This document shows positions 38,960 to 48,959 of a DNA stretch of 64,000 bases, one piece after another. Numbering within the stretch: the stretch's first letter is position 1; the number at the start of each line of letters is the position of its first letter. The translations under genes were made by a program, and so were the position numbers. The stretch comes from Candidatus Aminicenantes bacterium JdFR-78 (lineage in GTDB: Bacteria; Acidobacteriota; Aminicenantia; JdFR-78): contig MTON01000032.1 of assembly GCA_002010665.1 (NCBI GenBank), positions 800-64,799 of the forward strand. Reading direction: 5' to 3'. The notes beneath the pieces are model-generated. The model saw only the letters and a program-made list of their open reading frames with translations, ran no database searches and was not told the origin of the DNA.

Positions 38960-41104
38960 ATGAAAAAAAAGATTTTTATCGTTGCCTCGATATTACTTTT
39001 TGCTTTAGGTTTATTTTCGATTTCTCCAACTAAATGGGTAGTTGATAAAAAGGAAGATTTTCTAAAAGGAAAACTAAAAGGTCTTTCCATTTCTTCAGAT
39101 GGGTTTTTATTTCTTGCTCCAGAACACAAAAAATTGAAAGCTCCTCCAGAAGAATTTTATCTTTCTTTATTAACTGATTCAGAAGGTAATCTTTATTTAG
39201 GTACTGGGCATAATGGAAAAATTTATAAAATTGATAGATTGGGTAATTACAAGCTTCTTTTTGACGCCCCTGAAATGGATGTTTACTCTCTTGCTATGGA
39301 TAGTAAAGGAAATTTATATGCAGGAACGTCACCAAATGGTAAAGTTTATAAAATAACTCCAAAGGGGAAAGCATCTGAATTTTTTAATCCTGAGGGTCGC
39401 TATATATGGGATATGTTGTGGCATAACAATTATCTCTGGATAGCAACAGGAGAAACTGGTGGAATATATAAGGTGGATATTAATGGAAAGGGAGAAATAT
39501 TTTTCAGGTGTCCACAAAATCATGTCTTGTGTTTAAGAACTAATAACAAAGGAGAAATTCTGGCGGGAACAGCAGGACAAGGGGTTGTTTATAAATTTAC
39601 ATCATCAGGCACGCCATCAATTCTTTTTGAATCTCCATATGAAGAAGTCAGAGATTTAATTATAGATAAGGAAGGAAATATATTTGTTGCAACAGGAGGA
39701 AGACTTACAGAAAAAATTAAGCCTTCTTTAAAAATTGGTTCATATTTTGAAGAGAGTTCAATCACAGTGACTGCAAACACCAGCGCTTTATCTTCTAAAA
39801 CAAGAATTAAAGCTCCGGGCTTAAAAGCTCAGCCAGGAGCCCTGTATAAAATTTTCCCAGATGGTAGAAGCAAATTATTATGGAATTTCTCAAATAATTC
39901 AGTATATTCAATAGCTTTTTTATCAGAAGGCAAAGAAATTATTCTTGCAACTGGAAATGAGGGACAAATTTTTTCTGTAAAAATAAAAAGTAAAAATGTT
40001 GATTTGATAAGTCAGCAGGAGTGTGAACAAATATATAAAATCTTGAGATCAGGAAATAGAATTTATTTTATAACAAATAATCCTCCATATCTTTACTCCT
40101 TGCTCCCAGAGCAAGGTCTTGAGGGAGAATATTTATCTGAGGTAGTAGATACAGGTGCACTTTCCAAATGGGGAAAAATTACATGGGATGCGGTAATACC
40201 ACAAGGGACAAACATTCAGATCTTTACCAGAACCGGAAATTCAACAAAACCAGGACCTGGATGGAGTGACTGGTCACCTCCTTATCAAAAATCATCCGAG
40301 AAAATTTTCAATTTGAATGCTCGATTTATTCAAGTTAAAGTAAATTTGAAAAGTTCCATTAAGGGTAAAACTCCTCTTCTGAAAAAATTGGAAATATTCT
40401 ATCAACAAATGAATCTGGCTCCGGAAATAGTGAAAATTGAACTTCTTCCACCAAATAAAGTTTATAGGAAACCTCCCCCCTCAGATGAAGAAATATGGGG
40501 CTTAGAAGTGTCTTCTCCTAGCAAGAAATCCTCAAAAGTAAAAGTAGTTCGTAAGATGATAACTAGAAAAGGGTTTCAGACTATAAAATGGGAAGCAGAA
40601 GATGCGAATGGAGACAGGTTGATCTACACTTTATATATAAAGAGTGAAGGGGAAAATAAATGGCGGATTTTAAGAGAAAATTACAGAGACAATATTTTTG
40701 TTTTAGAAACCATTTCTCTACCAGATGGGAAGTATAGAGTAAAAATAAAAGCTTCTGATTCTCCTGATAATCCTCCTGGATATGAACTTTCGTCAGAGAA
40801 AATTAGTGATCTATTTGTAATTGACAATACTCCACCAGTGGTGGAAAATCTTGCAGTAAATAGAAAAGGGTCAAAAGTGGAGGTGTCATTTATTACAAGG
40901 GATGATGGCTCTTATATTAAAAAAGTAGAATACATGATAAGACCTGATGGATGGAGAGTTATTTTCCCAGTTGATGAAATTTGTGATTCTCAACAAGAAC
41001 AGTTCAATGTAATCCTACCTCTTAAGACTAATTCGGATAATATGATTGTTGTAAAAATCACTGATGCCTTTGAAAATGTAAAAGTGGTTCGTAAAACCTT
41101 TTGA
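38960..41104 (+). CDS. secreted beta-propeller repeat protein with C-terminal Ig/FN3-like beta-sandwich domains
   Basis: It has a signal peptide and repeated ~45-aa units with G(N/K)(L/I)Y(L/A/V)GT motifs. The start is 4 nt after the upstream gene's stop. Confidence 0.45.
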   Translation: MKKKIFIVASILLFALGLFSISPTKWVVDKKEDFLKGKLKGLSISSDGFLFLAPEHKKLKAPPEEFYLSLLTDSEGNLYLGTGHNGKIYKIDRLGNYKLLFDAPEMDVYSLAMDSKGNLYAGTSPNGKVYKITPKGKASEFFNPEGRYIWDMLWHNNYLWIATGETGGIYKVDINGKGEIFFRCPQNHVLCLRTNNKGEILAGTAGQGVVYKFTSSGTPSILFESPYEEVRDLIIDKEGNIFVATGGRLTEKIKPSLKIGSYFEESSITVTANTSALSSKTRIKAPGLKAQPGALYKIFPDGRSKLLWNFSNNSVYSIAFLSEGKEIILATGNEGQIFSVKIKSKNVDLISQQECEQIYKILRSGNRIYFITNNPPYLYSLLPEQGLEGEYLSEVVDTGALSKWGKITWDAVIPQGTNIQIFTRTGNSTKPGPGWSDWSPPYQKSSEKIFNLNARFIQVKVNLKSSIKGKTPLLKKLEIFYQQMNLAPEIVKIELLPPNKVYRKPPPSDEEIWGLEVSSPSKKSSKVKVVRKMITRKGFQTIKWEAEDANGDRLIYTLYIKSEGENKWRILRENYRDNIFVLETISLPDGKYRVKIKASDSPDNPPGYELSSEKISDLFVIDNTPPVVENLAVNRKGSKVEVSFITRDDGSYIKKVEYMIRPDGWRVIFPVDEICDSQQEQFNVILPLKTNSDNMIVVKITDAFENVKVVRKTF

Positions 41105-41116
41105 TTTTTTTTAGAG

Positions 41117-41680
41117 TTATTTTTTTACTCTCTCCAGATATTTATTTTCTCTTGTATCAATTCTAATGATGTCTCCCTCTTCTATAAAAGGAGGGACATT
41201 TATAGTAAGCCCTGTCTCCAAGGTAGCTGGTTTATAACTTGCAGCTTGGGTAGCACCTTTTATATAGGGCTCTGTTTCAATAACTTTTAAATCAACAGTT
41301 GTGGGTGGTCTGACACCAACAGGTTTTCCTTCATACATTTCCATTGTGAAGACCACATTTGGAATAAGATAGTATTTATTATCTCCAATCATCTCTTCAG
41401 GCAAGGATATCTGTTCATAGGTTTCAAGATTCATAAAAACATATTGATTGTCACTTTCATATAAATATTCCATTTCAACTGTTTCCAGATAAGCCTGTTC
41501 GACTCTGTCATCAGAATTAAATCTATAATCGAGTAAGGTTTGATCCTTTAGATTGCGGAGTTTAGTTTGAATATAAGCTTGTCCTCTTGCAGTTCCTACA
41601 TGAACTGCTTCGAGAACCTTATAGAGTTGTCCATCAAGCACAATGGTCATACCTTTTCTTAATTGTGTAGCAGTTATCAT
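41117..41680 (-). CDS. efp: elongation factor P
   Basis: Sequence is MITATQLRKGMTIVLDGQLYKVLEAVHVGTARGQAYIQTKLRNL... Confidence 0.9.
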   Translation of the reverse strand: MITATQLRKGMTIVLDGQLYKVLEAVHVGTARGQAYIQTKLRNLKDQTLLDYRFNSDDRVEQAYLETVEMEYLYESDNQYVFMNLETYEQISLPEEMIGDNKYYLIPNVVFTMEMYEGKPVGVRPPTTVDLKVIETEPYIKGATQAASYKPATLETGLTINVPPFIEEGDIIRIDTRENKYLERVKK

Positions 41681-41879
41681 TATCTCACCTCTCCTTTTTT
41701 GAGTTTCGGCTTATTTTTATAGCAAAAAATGGAGAATAAGGCAACTTAGAGATTTGGGATTAGAAAATTCAAATCTTTACAAATTAATCTTTTTTCTGTT
41801 CCTTGGAAATTTTCTAAATTGTAATTTGAATTTGTCTTTTGAGTGTGGTAAAAATTGCCTTGAAAAAGGAGTGGGAAAA

Positions 41880-43256
41880 ATGAATTTAAAAAGAAGAGAT
41901 TTCATTAAAAGTTTAGGGGCAGGTTTTTTAATTGGGACTCTAAAAAAGCCTCTTGATTTGAAATCATCTGGTGAGTCTGAGAAACTTTTAATAAAAAATC
42001 CCGAACACCCTGAACCAGCAAACTTTGATAGGTTACCATTAAGTTGGTATAAGAAAACTGTAAAAAGACTCAAAGAAAGAGTTGAGCCAGAAGGTATTAA
42101 GGCTGTATTGCTTCAGAATCGCTGGAATCTTGTTTACTTTACTGGGCTCTTTTTCACATCCACAGAGCGACCATTTTTTGTTTTAATCCCTATGGATGAA
42201 GACGCTATATACTGGTATCATCCAGGTCTTGATAGAGACTTAGTAACTACCTGGTGGTGTACAGAAAATGAATATTATTTTGATTATCTTCATGCAGAAG
42301 GAGGATATCCAAACAAGGGAAAGGTTGTACAAGGAAAAACAATTGATATTTTTGAGTGGATACTTGAGGGAGTTAAAAAGAGAGGGTATGGAGATAAATT
42401 AATAGGAATTGATTGGGAAATGACACCTTCTGAGATGAAAAAATGGAATAGGATAATTCCAAAAGCTAAGTTTAAAAACATTAGCTCTGTATGTCTTAAA
42501 ATGAGAATGGTAAAAACGAAAGAAGAAATTGCTCTTACCCAAAGAGCAATGAATTATTTTAGCAAAATACATGCTTTTGCAAGGGATTATATATTAGAAA
42601 GAGGAACAGATGCAACAGATTTCGAGATCGCACACGCTGCGACTGAATATGGAGTGAATCTTATTATGAAAGATATCAAGCATGATGGAAGACCTCATTC
42701 TGCGGTTGGAATTACTGTGAGAATTGTCTGTAGAGCAGGAATTGCAACTGCATATCCTCATCCGAATCAGTTTTTTTATAAAAAAATCGAAAAGGGAGAT
42801 GCTCTTCAGGTGGCAGGGGTAGTAAGAATTGGCGGTTATGGAGGAGAGCTCTATCGCTATTATCAGATTGCTCCGTGGGATAAATATAGGGAAAAAGTAT
42901 GGGATGTTGTTACAGAATGTGTTCGTATCCAGGAAAGGGAGTCCAGGGCAGGTGTAACCTGTTCCTCAGTTGCAAAAAAGATTCATGATTACCAGGTTAA
43001 ACATGGATTGGCAAAACTTATTTACCATCGTCCAGCTCATGGTTCAGGGATGGAGGGGCATCAAGCTCCGTGGATTTCACTTGGAGACTACACTGTGCTG
43101 GAGAAAGGAATGATGTTCAGTGTTGAGCCAGGTCTTTATGACCCAGAAAATGGGTTTGGGTACAATCCAAGTGATAATCTTTTAGTTAGCGAGAAAAAAG
43201 GAATTCTAATGAGCAGTGTCCCTTATTCAAAGGAATGGGCTTTTCTAAAATTATGA
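41880..43256 (+). CDS. M24-family metallopeptidase (Xaa-Pro aminopeptidase/creatinase-like) with a Tat-type signal peptide
   Basis: MNLKRRDFIKSLGAGFLIGT carries an RRxFIK Tat motif. An SD GGAGTGGG precedes ATG 41880. The M24 pita-bread motifs sit in the C-terminal half. The ORF-track start at 41754 is probably an over-extension. Confidence 0.7.
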   Translation: MNLKRRDFIKSLGAGFLIGTLKKPLDLKSSGESEKLLIKNPEHPEPANFDRLPLSWYKKTVKRLKERVEPEGIKAVLLQNRWNLVYFTGLFFTSTERPFFVLIPMDEDAIYWYHPGLDRDLVTTWWCTENEYYFDYLHAEGGYPNKGKVVQGKTIDIFEWILEGVKKRGYGDKLIGIDWEMTPSEMKKWNRIIPKAKFKNISSVCLKMRMVKTKEEIALTQRAMNYFSKIHAFARDYILERGTDATDFEIAHAATEYGVNLIMKDIKHDGRPHSAVGITVRIVCRAGIATAYPHPNQFFYKKIEKGDALQVAGVVRIGGYGGELYRYYQIAPWDKYREKVWDVVTECVRIQERESRAGVTCSSVAKKIHDYQVKHGLAKLIYHRPAHGSGMEGHQAPWISLGDYTVLEKGMMFSVEPGLYDPENGFGYNPSDNLLVSEKKGILMSSVPYSKEWAFLKL

Positions 43257-43265
43257 AATGAATTT

Positions 43266-43877
43266 TTATTTAATCTTATAAATTCGATGAAGTTGAAGAC
43301 CGAGTCTTATATTTGAAAAGCCTTTTTCAATACATTCTTGCAGAAGTTTTCGGGCTAAGGCATAACTCCAGCTTTGATTTGAACAGGGTTGAAGGAAAAG
43401 GGGAATTTTTTTTGGGAATTCTTTTCTTATTCGAATAATATTTTCTGATTTCAAATTTCTTATAACAATTAACTTGACTTCTTTTGCTATCCCTTTGTAT
43501 TTTGGCTGATAAAAATATTCTTCTGGTTTTGGAGAGAGAGAATACCAGTCAACTGGAATATCTATATATCTCGTTCCATTTGTTTCAATTTGAATCTTGA
43601 AATTTTCTGATTTTAACTGATGCACGAGAGTTCTTATATCCTGAATTAATGGTTCCCCACCCGTCAGGCATATCCATTCTGTATTATGTTTTTCTTTTAG
43701 ATTTCGAACAGTATTTAAAATAGTCTCTACCTTTACCTCAATGCCCCCTTCCCATGCATATTTTGTGTCACAGAATTCACATTGGAGATTGCAACCTGTA
43801 AGACGAATGAAAATAGTAGGTTCCCCAATTCTAAGCCCTTCGCCCTGCACAGACCAGAATATTTCACTAATCTTCAA
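43266..43877 (-). CDS. queE: 7-carboxy-7-deazaguanine synthase (radical SAM)
   Basis: CNLQCEFCDTKYAW radical-SAM cluster motif is present. Confidence 0.85.
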   Translation of the reverse strand: MKISEIFWSVQGEGLRIGEPTIFIRLTGCNLQCEFCDTKYAWEGGIEVKVETILNTVRNLKEKHNTEWICLTGGEPLIQDIRTLVHQLKSENFKIQIETNGTRYIDIPVDWYSLSPKPEEYFYQPKYKGIAKEVKLIVIRNLKSENIIRIRKEFPKKIPLFLQPCSNQSWSYALARKLLQECIEKGFSNIRLGLQLHRIYKIK

Positions 43878-44211
43878 AGTACTCAGCGCAAGCCTCCTCT
43901 GATTCCCATACTATTACTTTTTTAACTGGATAAATTTTCTTTAATTCTTGAAAGAAGTGTCTTGCTAAATTTTCAGCAGATGGATTAAAATCATAGATTT
44001 CATTTAAGAGTTCATGGTCTGGCAAAATCTTATTGAGTGTATTTTTAATCTCAATAAAATCAATTCCTATACCGGTTTTATTTAGTTTATCAACCTTTAC
44101 ATGAACTTCTACACAAAAGGTATGTCCATGGACTCGCTCACATTTACCTTTATAATTCTTTAAAAAATGTGCTGCCTGAAATTTCTCCTTAACCCTTAAA
44201 ATCCAACTCAT
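43867..44211 (-). CDS. queD: 6-carboxy-5,6,7,8-tetrahydropterin synthase
   Basis: Contains the CERVHGHTF zinc-binding motif, and the gene is 114 aa. Confidence 0.85.
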   Translation of the reverse strand: MSWILRVKEKFQAAHFLKNYKGKCERVHGHTFCVEVHVKVDKLNKTGIGIDFIEIKNTLNKILPDHELLNEIYDFNPSAENLARHFFQELKKIYPVKKVIVWESEEACAEYFED

Positions 44212-44226
44212 AAATACCTCTTTTAC

Positions 44227-44255
44227 ATAATAGTCTTTATAGATTTAGAAATCAA
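44227..44255 (-). promoter_or_regulatory. putative sigma70-type promoter for queDE (minus strand TTGATT - 17 nt - TATTAT)
   Basis: On the minus strand, TTGATT is the reverse complement of 44250-44255 and TATTAT of 44227-44232. They lie about 15 nt upstream of the SD GAGGT and the ATG. Confidence 0.3.
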
Positions 44256-44311
44256 CTCCTGCCACTTTAATTTTTAGAATTTGGATTTTGACATTTGGAT
44301 TTTGTTAATAA

Positions 44312-45007
44312 TTATATTTTTCCCTCTTTTTCAAGTCTTTCAATTAAATGGTCCTTTATACCTAGTGTTTTCCAAGCTTCTCGTCGAATAACACAAGAGG
44401 AGCATTTATTACAAGGAATTTCATTTCCTTGGTAACAAGAAATAGAATAGGAATAATCTGCACCAAGTGATAGACCATATTTTATGATTTCAGCTTTTGT
44501 CATTCCAATAAGGGGGGTATGGAGTTTGAATTTCCAGTCCTCAAAACTTGCTTTAGTCCCGGCATTTATCGCTTTTTCCATTAATTCAACGAATACTTTT
44601 CGAGTATCGGGATAATTTGGTGAATCAATCACATTAAATCCACATACAATATCCTTTATGCCTTGAACTTCAGCATAAGCTGATGCCATGGCGAGGAAAA
44701 TGCCATTTCTAAAGGGAATGTATGTTAGAGGAATTCCTTCTCTGATTTCTTCAATTTTTTCAAATTGAGGAAGAGGAATCCTCTCATCGGTTAAACTCGA
44801 CCCTCCAATTTGAGTTAAATCAATTCTCAAAATTTTATGATTTATTTTTAATTTATTAGCGATTTTTCGAGCCATTTCTATTTCGATTCTGTGTTTTTGA
44901 CCATAGTCAAAAGTCAATGCAGTTACTTCTTCGAAATTTTTTAAGGCCCAGTAAAGAGCAGTAGTAGAATCTATTCCTCCTGAGAAAAGCACTAAACTTT
45001 TTTTCAT
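44312..45007 (-). CDS. queC: 7-cyano-7-deazaguanine synthase
   Basis: The PP-loop is LVLFSGGIDSTTALYWAL and the C-terminal Cys cluster is CYQGNEIPCNKCSSC. Confidence 0.9.
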   Translation of the reverse strand: MKKSLVLFSGGIDSTTALYWALKNFEEVTALTFDYGQKHRIEIEMARKIANKLKINHKILRIDLTQIGGSSLTDERIPLPQFEKIEEIREGIPLTYIPFRNGIFLAMASAYAEVQGIKDIVCGFNVIDSPNYPDTRKVFVELMEKAINAGTKASFEDWKFKLHTPLIGMTKAEIIKYGLSLGADYSYSISCYQGNEIPCNKCSSCVIRREAWKTLGIKDHLIERLEKEGKI

Positions 45008-47628
45008 TGCTTTATCTCTATTTTTTCTTCAGCTTTTGCTTTTTTGGTTTCAATTCGGACAATATAAATTCCAGGTTTTGCAAATCGCTCTTCCCTCTTT
45101 TTGCTTTCTGTAGTTAGATCCCATTCAACCTGATTAAATCCTTTATCTCCTGTCCCTTTTAATTTTTTTATAATTTTTCCTTTTGAGTCAAGAATTGAAA
45201 TTTTTACAGGCTGTGATTCTTTTAATACATAGGTAATTACAACTTTTTCTCTCGGTCGCCACCACTCTTTAGGAATTTTAACCGGTTTAATTTTAAATAT
45301 ATGGATATCCTTTGCTTGGATTTTTTCATTATATTCCTGAATAGGAGATACGTCCATTACCCAAATGCTTCTTCCATGAGTACCAGCAACTAGAATATTA
45401 TCTCTTGGATGAACGACTAAATCATGTACATAAGCTGTTGGCATATTTGAACCGAGTGTATGCCAGTTTTTGCCTTCATCTATGGAAACATAAACACCAA
45501 GGTCTGTTCCAACATAAAGAATTTTTTTATTTTTTGGATCCTCTTTAATTACATTAATAGGCCCACAGGGAAGATTATTGCCTATATCAATCCAGGTTTT
45601 TCCATAATCAATGGATTTATAAATATATTTATCAAAATCATCATCACGATAGCCATTCAATGTTACATAAACTGTTGTTTCATCAAATGCAGAAGCAATA
45701 ATTCTGGATACCCATTTTTTTGGCGGAAGCCCTTCTGTGATTTTTTCCCATTTAGCTCCGCCATTTTTTGTGACCCAGACATTACCGTCATCTGTTCCCA
45801 CATAAATGAGACCAGGTTTTAAGGGTGATTCTGATATTGTGGTTATTGTGCCATATGGGACATCTCCTTGTTCAGGATTCGTTGTCAAGTCAGGACTTAT
45901 TTTTTGCCAGCTGTCACCTCGATTGAGGGAACGGTAAAGGTATTGAGCACCAAAATAAATAATGAAAGGATTATGTGGTGAAATAATAAATGGAGTTAGC
46001 CAATTACATCTAAGACGTGGCTCTCCTTTTTTAACTTTTGGCCTTATATTAACAGTTGTATTATCCCTTAAATTTACTCTCATCAATCGTCCATAATAAC
46101 CTTCAGTATAGATAATATCTGGATTAATAGGGTCTATCTGAATATAACTTGCTTCTCCACCAGGAATTCTTTCCCATTCCCAATAAGGGTCTGTCTCAGG
46201 ATTGTGTGTTACTGGTCCCCTGAAGCATCCATTGTCTTGTGCAGATCCATATATATTAAAAGGTTTTGCCATATCAACATTGACAAAATAGAATTGAACA
46301 ACTGGAAGATTTTTAAAGTCTTTCCATGTTTTTCCTCCATCATAAGAAATATTTATTCCGCCATCATTTCCATCAATTATATGATTTGGATTTTCAGGGT
46401 CAATCCACATTGCCTGGTGGTCTCCGTGAAAATCCTTGTAAGACAATCTCTGAAAGGTTTTACCTCCATCAGTTGATTTCAATAAAGGAACTCCAAGTAA
46501 ATAGACAACATTTTCATTTTTTGGGTCAACCCTTACTTCTCCGAAATAATAACCATAAGTGTAATAGAGATCTTCAAGATCCTGCTTATTAATCTTTTTC
46601 CAGGTTCTTCCTCCATTATCCGAGCGATATAATTCAGCTCCTTTTATTACCTTTTTAAGAGGTAATCCATAGGGATCAAGTTCTCCTGGCTTAACCTTTC
46701 TTTTTGAAGCATGGTTATCTATTAGAGCATAAATTATTTTTGGATTTGAAGGTGCTACAGCAAGGCCAATTCTTCCCATTTCACCTTCTGTTGGAAGTCC
46801 TTTAGTTAATTTTTTCCATGTTTTACCCCCATCTTCTGTCTTATAGATTCCACTTTCTGGTCCATATTCCCACATATTCCATGCTTTCCTTAGTCTCTGC
46901 CATGCAGCAGCATAGAGGATATCAGGATTAGAAGGGTCCATTACCAAGTCAATAAAACCTGTTTTTTCACTTATATAAAGGATTTTTTCCCAGGTTTTAC
47001 CTCCATCAGTGGTTTTGTATATTCCTCTTTCTTCATTATAAGTGTAAAGATGACCTAAAACAGCTACATAGACTATATCAGGGTTTTCTGGATGGATAAT
47101 TATTCTTCCAATATGATGGGAGTCATTTAGACCCATATTTTTCCATGTTTTACCTCCATCTGTTGACTTGAAAACTCCAGTTCCAGAATAATTGCTTCTA
47201 CTACTATTATTTTCTCCTGTTCCTACCCAGATTATATTTGGATTTGATTGAGAAATTGCAATATCACCAATTGTGGCAGAGGATTCATTTTCAAATATTG
47301 GTTCCCAGGTTGTACCTTCATTTTCTGTTTTCCATACTCCTCCAGAAGCTGTAGCAACATAAATTGTATAAGGTTTTCCCTTTGGGACTTCAATATCTGT
47401 TATTCTCCCGCTCATCCATACTGGTCCAACAAATCTCCATTTAAGATTCTTAAAAATTGATTTTTCCTTAAGAGCAAGATGGTCTTTCCACCATTTAAGC
47501 CGAAGGGATGGAGGTGTTGATTTAATTGTTGATTTTTCTTGTTGTTGGCCTTTGGCTAAAAAATTCTGGCCAGAACTAAATACCATGATTAATATAAGAA
47601 TAAAAAGCAAATTAAGCCTATTTTTCAT
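45004..47628 (-). CDS. secreted BNR/Asp-box repeat protein (sortilin/VPS10-like, Ycf48-like propellers)
   Basis: It has a signal peptide and about ten SxDGGKTW-type Asp-boxes (STDGGKTWKN, TTDGGKTWEK, TEDGGKTWKK...). It overlaps the queC start by 4 nt. Confidence 0.7.
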   Translation of the reverse strand: MKNRLNLLFILILIMVFSSGQNFLAKGQQQEKSTIKSTPPSLRLKWWKDHLALKEKSIFKNLKWRFVGPVWMSGRITDIEVPKGKPYTIYVATASGGVWKTENEGTTWEPIFENESSATIGDIAISQSNPNIIWVGTGENNSSRSNYSGTGVFKSTDGGKTWKNMGLNDSHHIGRIIIHPENPDIVYVAVLGHLYTYNEERGIYKTTDGGKTWEKILYISEKTGFIDLVMDPSNPDILYAAAWQRLRKAWNMWEYGPESGIYKTEDGGKTWKKLTKGLPTEGEMGRIGLAVAPSNPKIIYALIDNHASKRKVKPGELDPYGLPLKKVIKGAELYRSDNGGRTWKKINKQDLEDLYYTYGYYFGEVRVDPKNENVVYLLGVPLLKSTDGGKTFQRLSYKDFHGDHQAMWIDPENPNHIIDGNDGGINISYDGGKTWKDFKNLPVVQFYFVNVDMAKPFNIYGSAQDNGCFRGPVTHNPETDPYWEWERIPGGEASYIQIDPINPDIIYTEGYYGRLMRVNLRDNTTVNIRPKVKKGEPRLRCNWLTPFIISPHNPFIIYFGAQYLYRSLNRGDSWQKISPDLTTNPEQGDVPYGTITTISESPLKPGLIYVGTDDGNVWVTKNGGAKWEKITEGLPPKKWVSRIIASAFDETTVYVTLNGYRDDDFDKYIYKSIDYGKTWIDIGNNLPCGPINVIKEDPKNKKILYVGTDLGVYVSIDEGKNWHTLGSNMPTAYVHDLVVHPRDNILVAGTHGRSIWVMDVSPIQEYNEKIQAKDIHIFKIKPVKIPKEWWRPREKVVITYVLKESQPVKISILDSKGKIIKKLKGTGDKGFNQVEWDLTTESKKREERFAKPGIYIVRIETKKAKAEEKIEIKQ

Positions 47629-47672
47629 TATTCCCTCCTATTCTTGTTATTTGGATTTTGAAATTTGACATT

Positions 47673-48956
47673 TTAAATAAGCATATTCTTAATTTTTCCT
47701 TTTAAATGGCTCCAGAATAGGAAGGGATAAGCATCCATTAAAAGTTCAGGTCGCATAAGTGGAGCTCTTACCCCGGTTTTTAAAAAGAAATGGAGAATTA
47801 AATCCCTATGCCTCGGGGGACAGCCCTTTATTTTTAAAACTTTTTTAGCCTGAATTTTTCCACTTACTTCTGTGCAATCACCTAATAAAATAACTTTTTT
47901 TGAATTAATATTACCAGAATATTTTCCAATAACCACAGTTACATCTTTTTTTCGATTGAATTTTGAAGGAGCTCTATCTTTTAACATATACAGCCAATCA
48001 AGCATGATGCCCTGACATCCTCCAGTACAATAAGGTTCACCGCTTAAAATTTTAAAAGGTCCATTAACTGTATCAACTCGAACAAAGCCATTATTTACAT
48101 TTTTTGTTTTGTTTCTTAGTTTTTCAATTGATATATTGGTATTGATTTCAATATTTTTAAGGTTAAGAGAACCATAGCCTCGATTTGACGCCTCTTTTAA
48201 GGACGGAAGATTTTTAGGATCGAGATTTAAGATATGAGCACATACAACATCATGGGCAAGAGAACTATCCGATATTATAACTATTCCAAGTTGAAGCGGG
48301 TGCTCAGTCATTTGATTTCCTCCAATTGCTATTTCAATAGCATCAGTGACAATGAAATCCGGGAATCCGATTTCAAGTAAATCAACGATTTTTTCCGGAA
48401 GCTTCTGAGTATGATATTTCATTCTTTCTTTATCACTTAGAATTCCTATATTTAATTTAAGAGCTGCAGTCATACCAAAGTCAAGTACATTAGTTTTTAA
48501 TTTAGGAGTGTATATTAAAAAATCATTTTCAATAAGGTCTTTTTGGACAGTTATTTCAGAATGAACTTTTCCCTTTTGAAGTTTAACTTTTACTTTTTTT
48601 GATTCCTCATATGGGATCAGTTTTACAGGATACTTTTTCTCTAAATTCTTATAGCCTGCTCTTTTGAACATCCTCGATGTAGGAACCCCGACTCCTGAAT
48701 TTTCAATAATTCTGAAGTATGTATTATTTTTGCTTTTTTCAATAAGTGTTGATAGTAAAGCATCCAGAAATTCAGGTCTTGTAAATGCTGATGGCGCTAC
48801 TTTTGGATGTGCAAGTACAACATTTGGTTTTATTACAATTTTGCCTTTAATTTTACTCTCTAATTCCAGTATTTCCAGCCCTTCTGAAAAAATTTTAATT
48901 AATTCTTTTTTATCATAATTTTCACATTTTCTTATGATTACTTTTGGTCTATTCAT
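47673..48956 (-). CDS. DUF362 domain protein
   Basis: Its general architecture and size are as in DUF362 proteins. It is adjacent to, and 3 nt from, the upstream aldehyde dehydrogenase gene. Confidence 0.4.
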   Translation of the reverse strand: MNRPKVIIRKCENYDKKELIKIFSEGLEILELESKIKGKIVIKPNVVLAHPKVAPSAFTRPEFLDALLSTLIEKSKNNTYFRIIENSGVGVPTSRMFKRAGYKNLEKKYPVKLIPYEESKKVKVKLQKGKVHSEITVQKDLIENDFLIYTPKLKTNVLDFGMTAALKLNIGILSDKERMKYHTQKLPEKIVDLLEIGFPDFIVTDAIEIAIGGNQMTEHPLQLGIVIISDSSLAHDVVCAHILNLDPKNLPSLKEASNRGYGSLNLKNIEINTNISIEKLRNKTKNVNNGFVRVDTVNGPFKILSGEPYCTGGCQGIMLDWLYMLKDRAPSKFNRKKDVTVVIGKYSGNINSKKVILLGDCTEVSGKIQAKKVLKIKGCPPRHRDLILHFFLKTGVRAPLMRPELLMDAYPFLFWSHLKGKIKNMLI

Positions 48957-48959
48957 TTT

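Noticed and set aside
41754-41879. The 5' extension of the M24 peptidase ORF (the track start at 41754).
   Set aside because: The Tat motif MNLKRRDFIK with an SD begins at 41880. Upstream in-frame codons (MGLENSNLYKLIFFLF...CNLNLSFECG) precede the signal peptide, which makes little sense. They also overlap the divergent efp control region.
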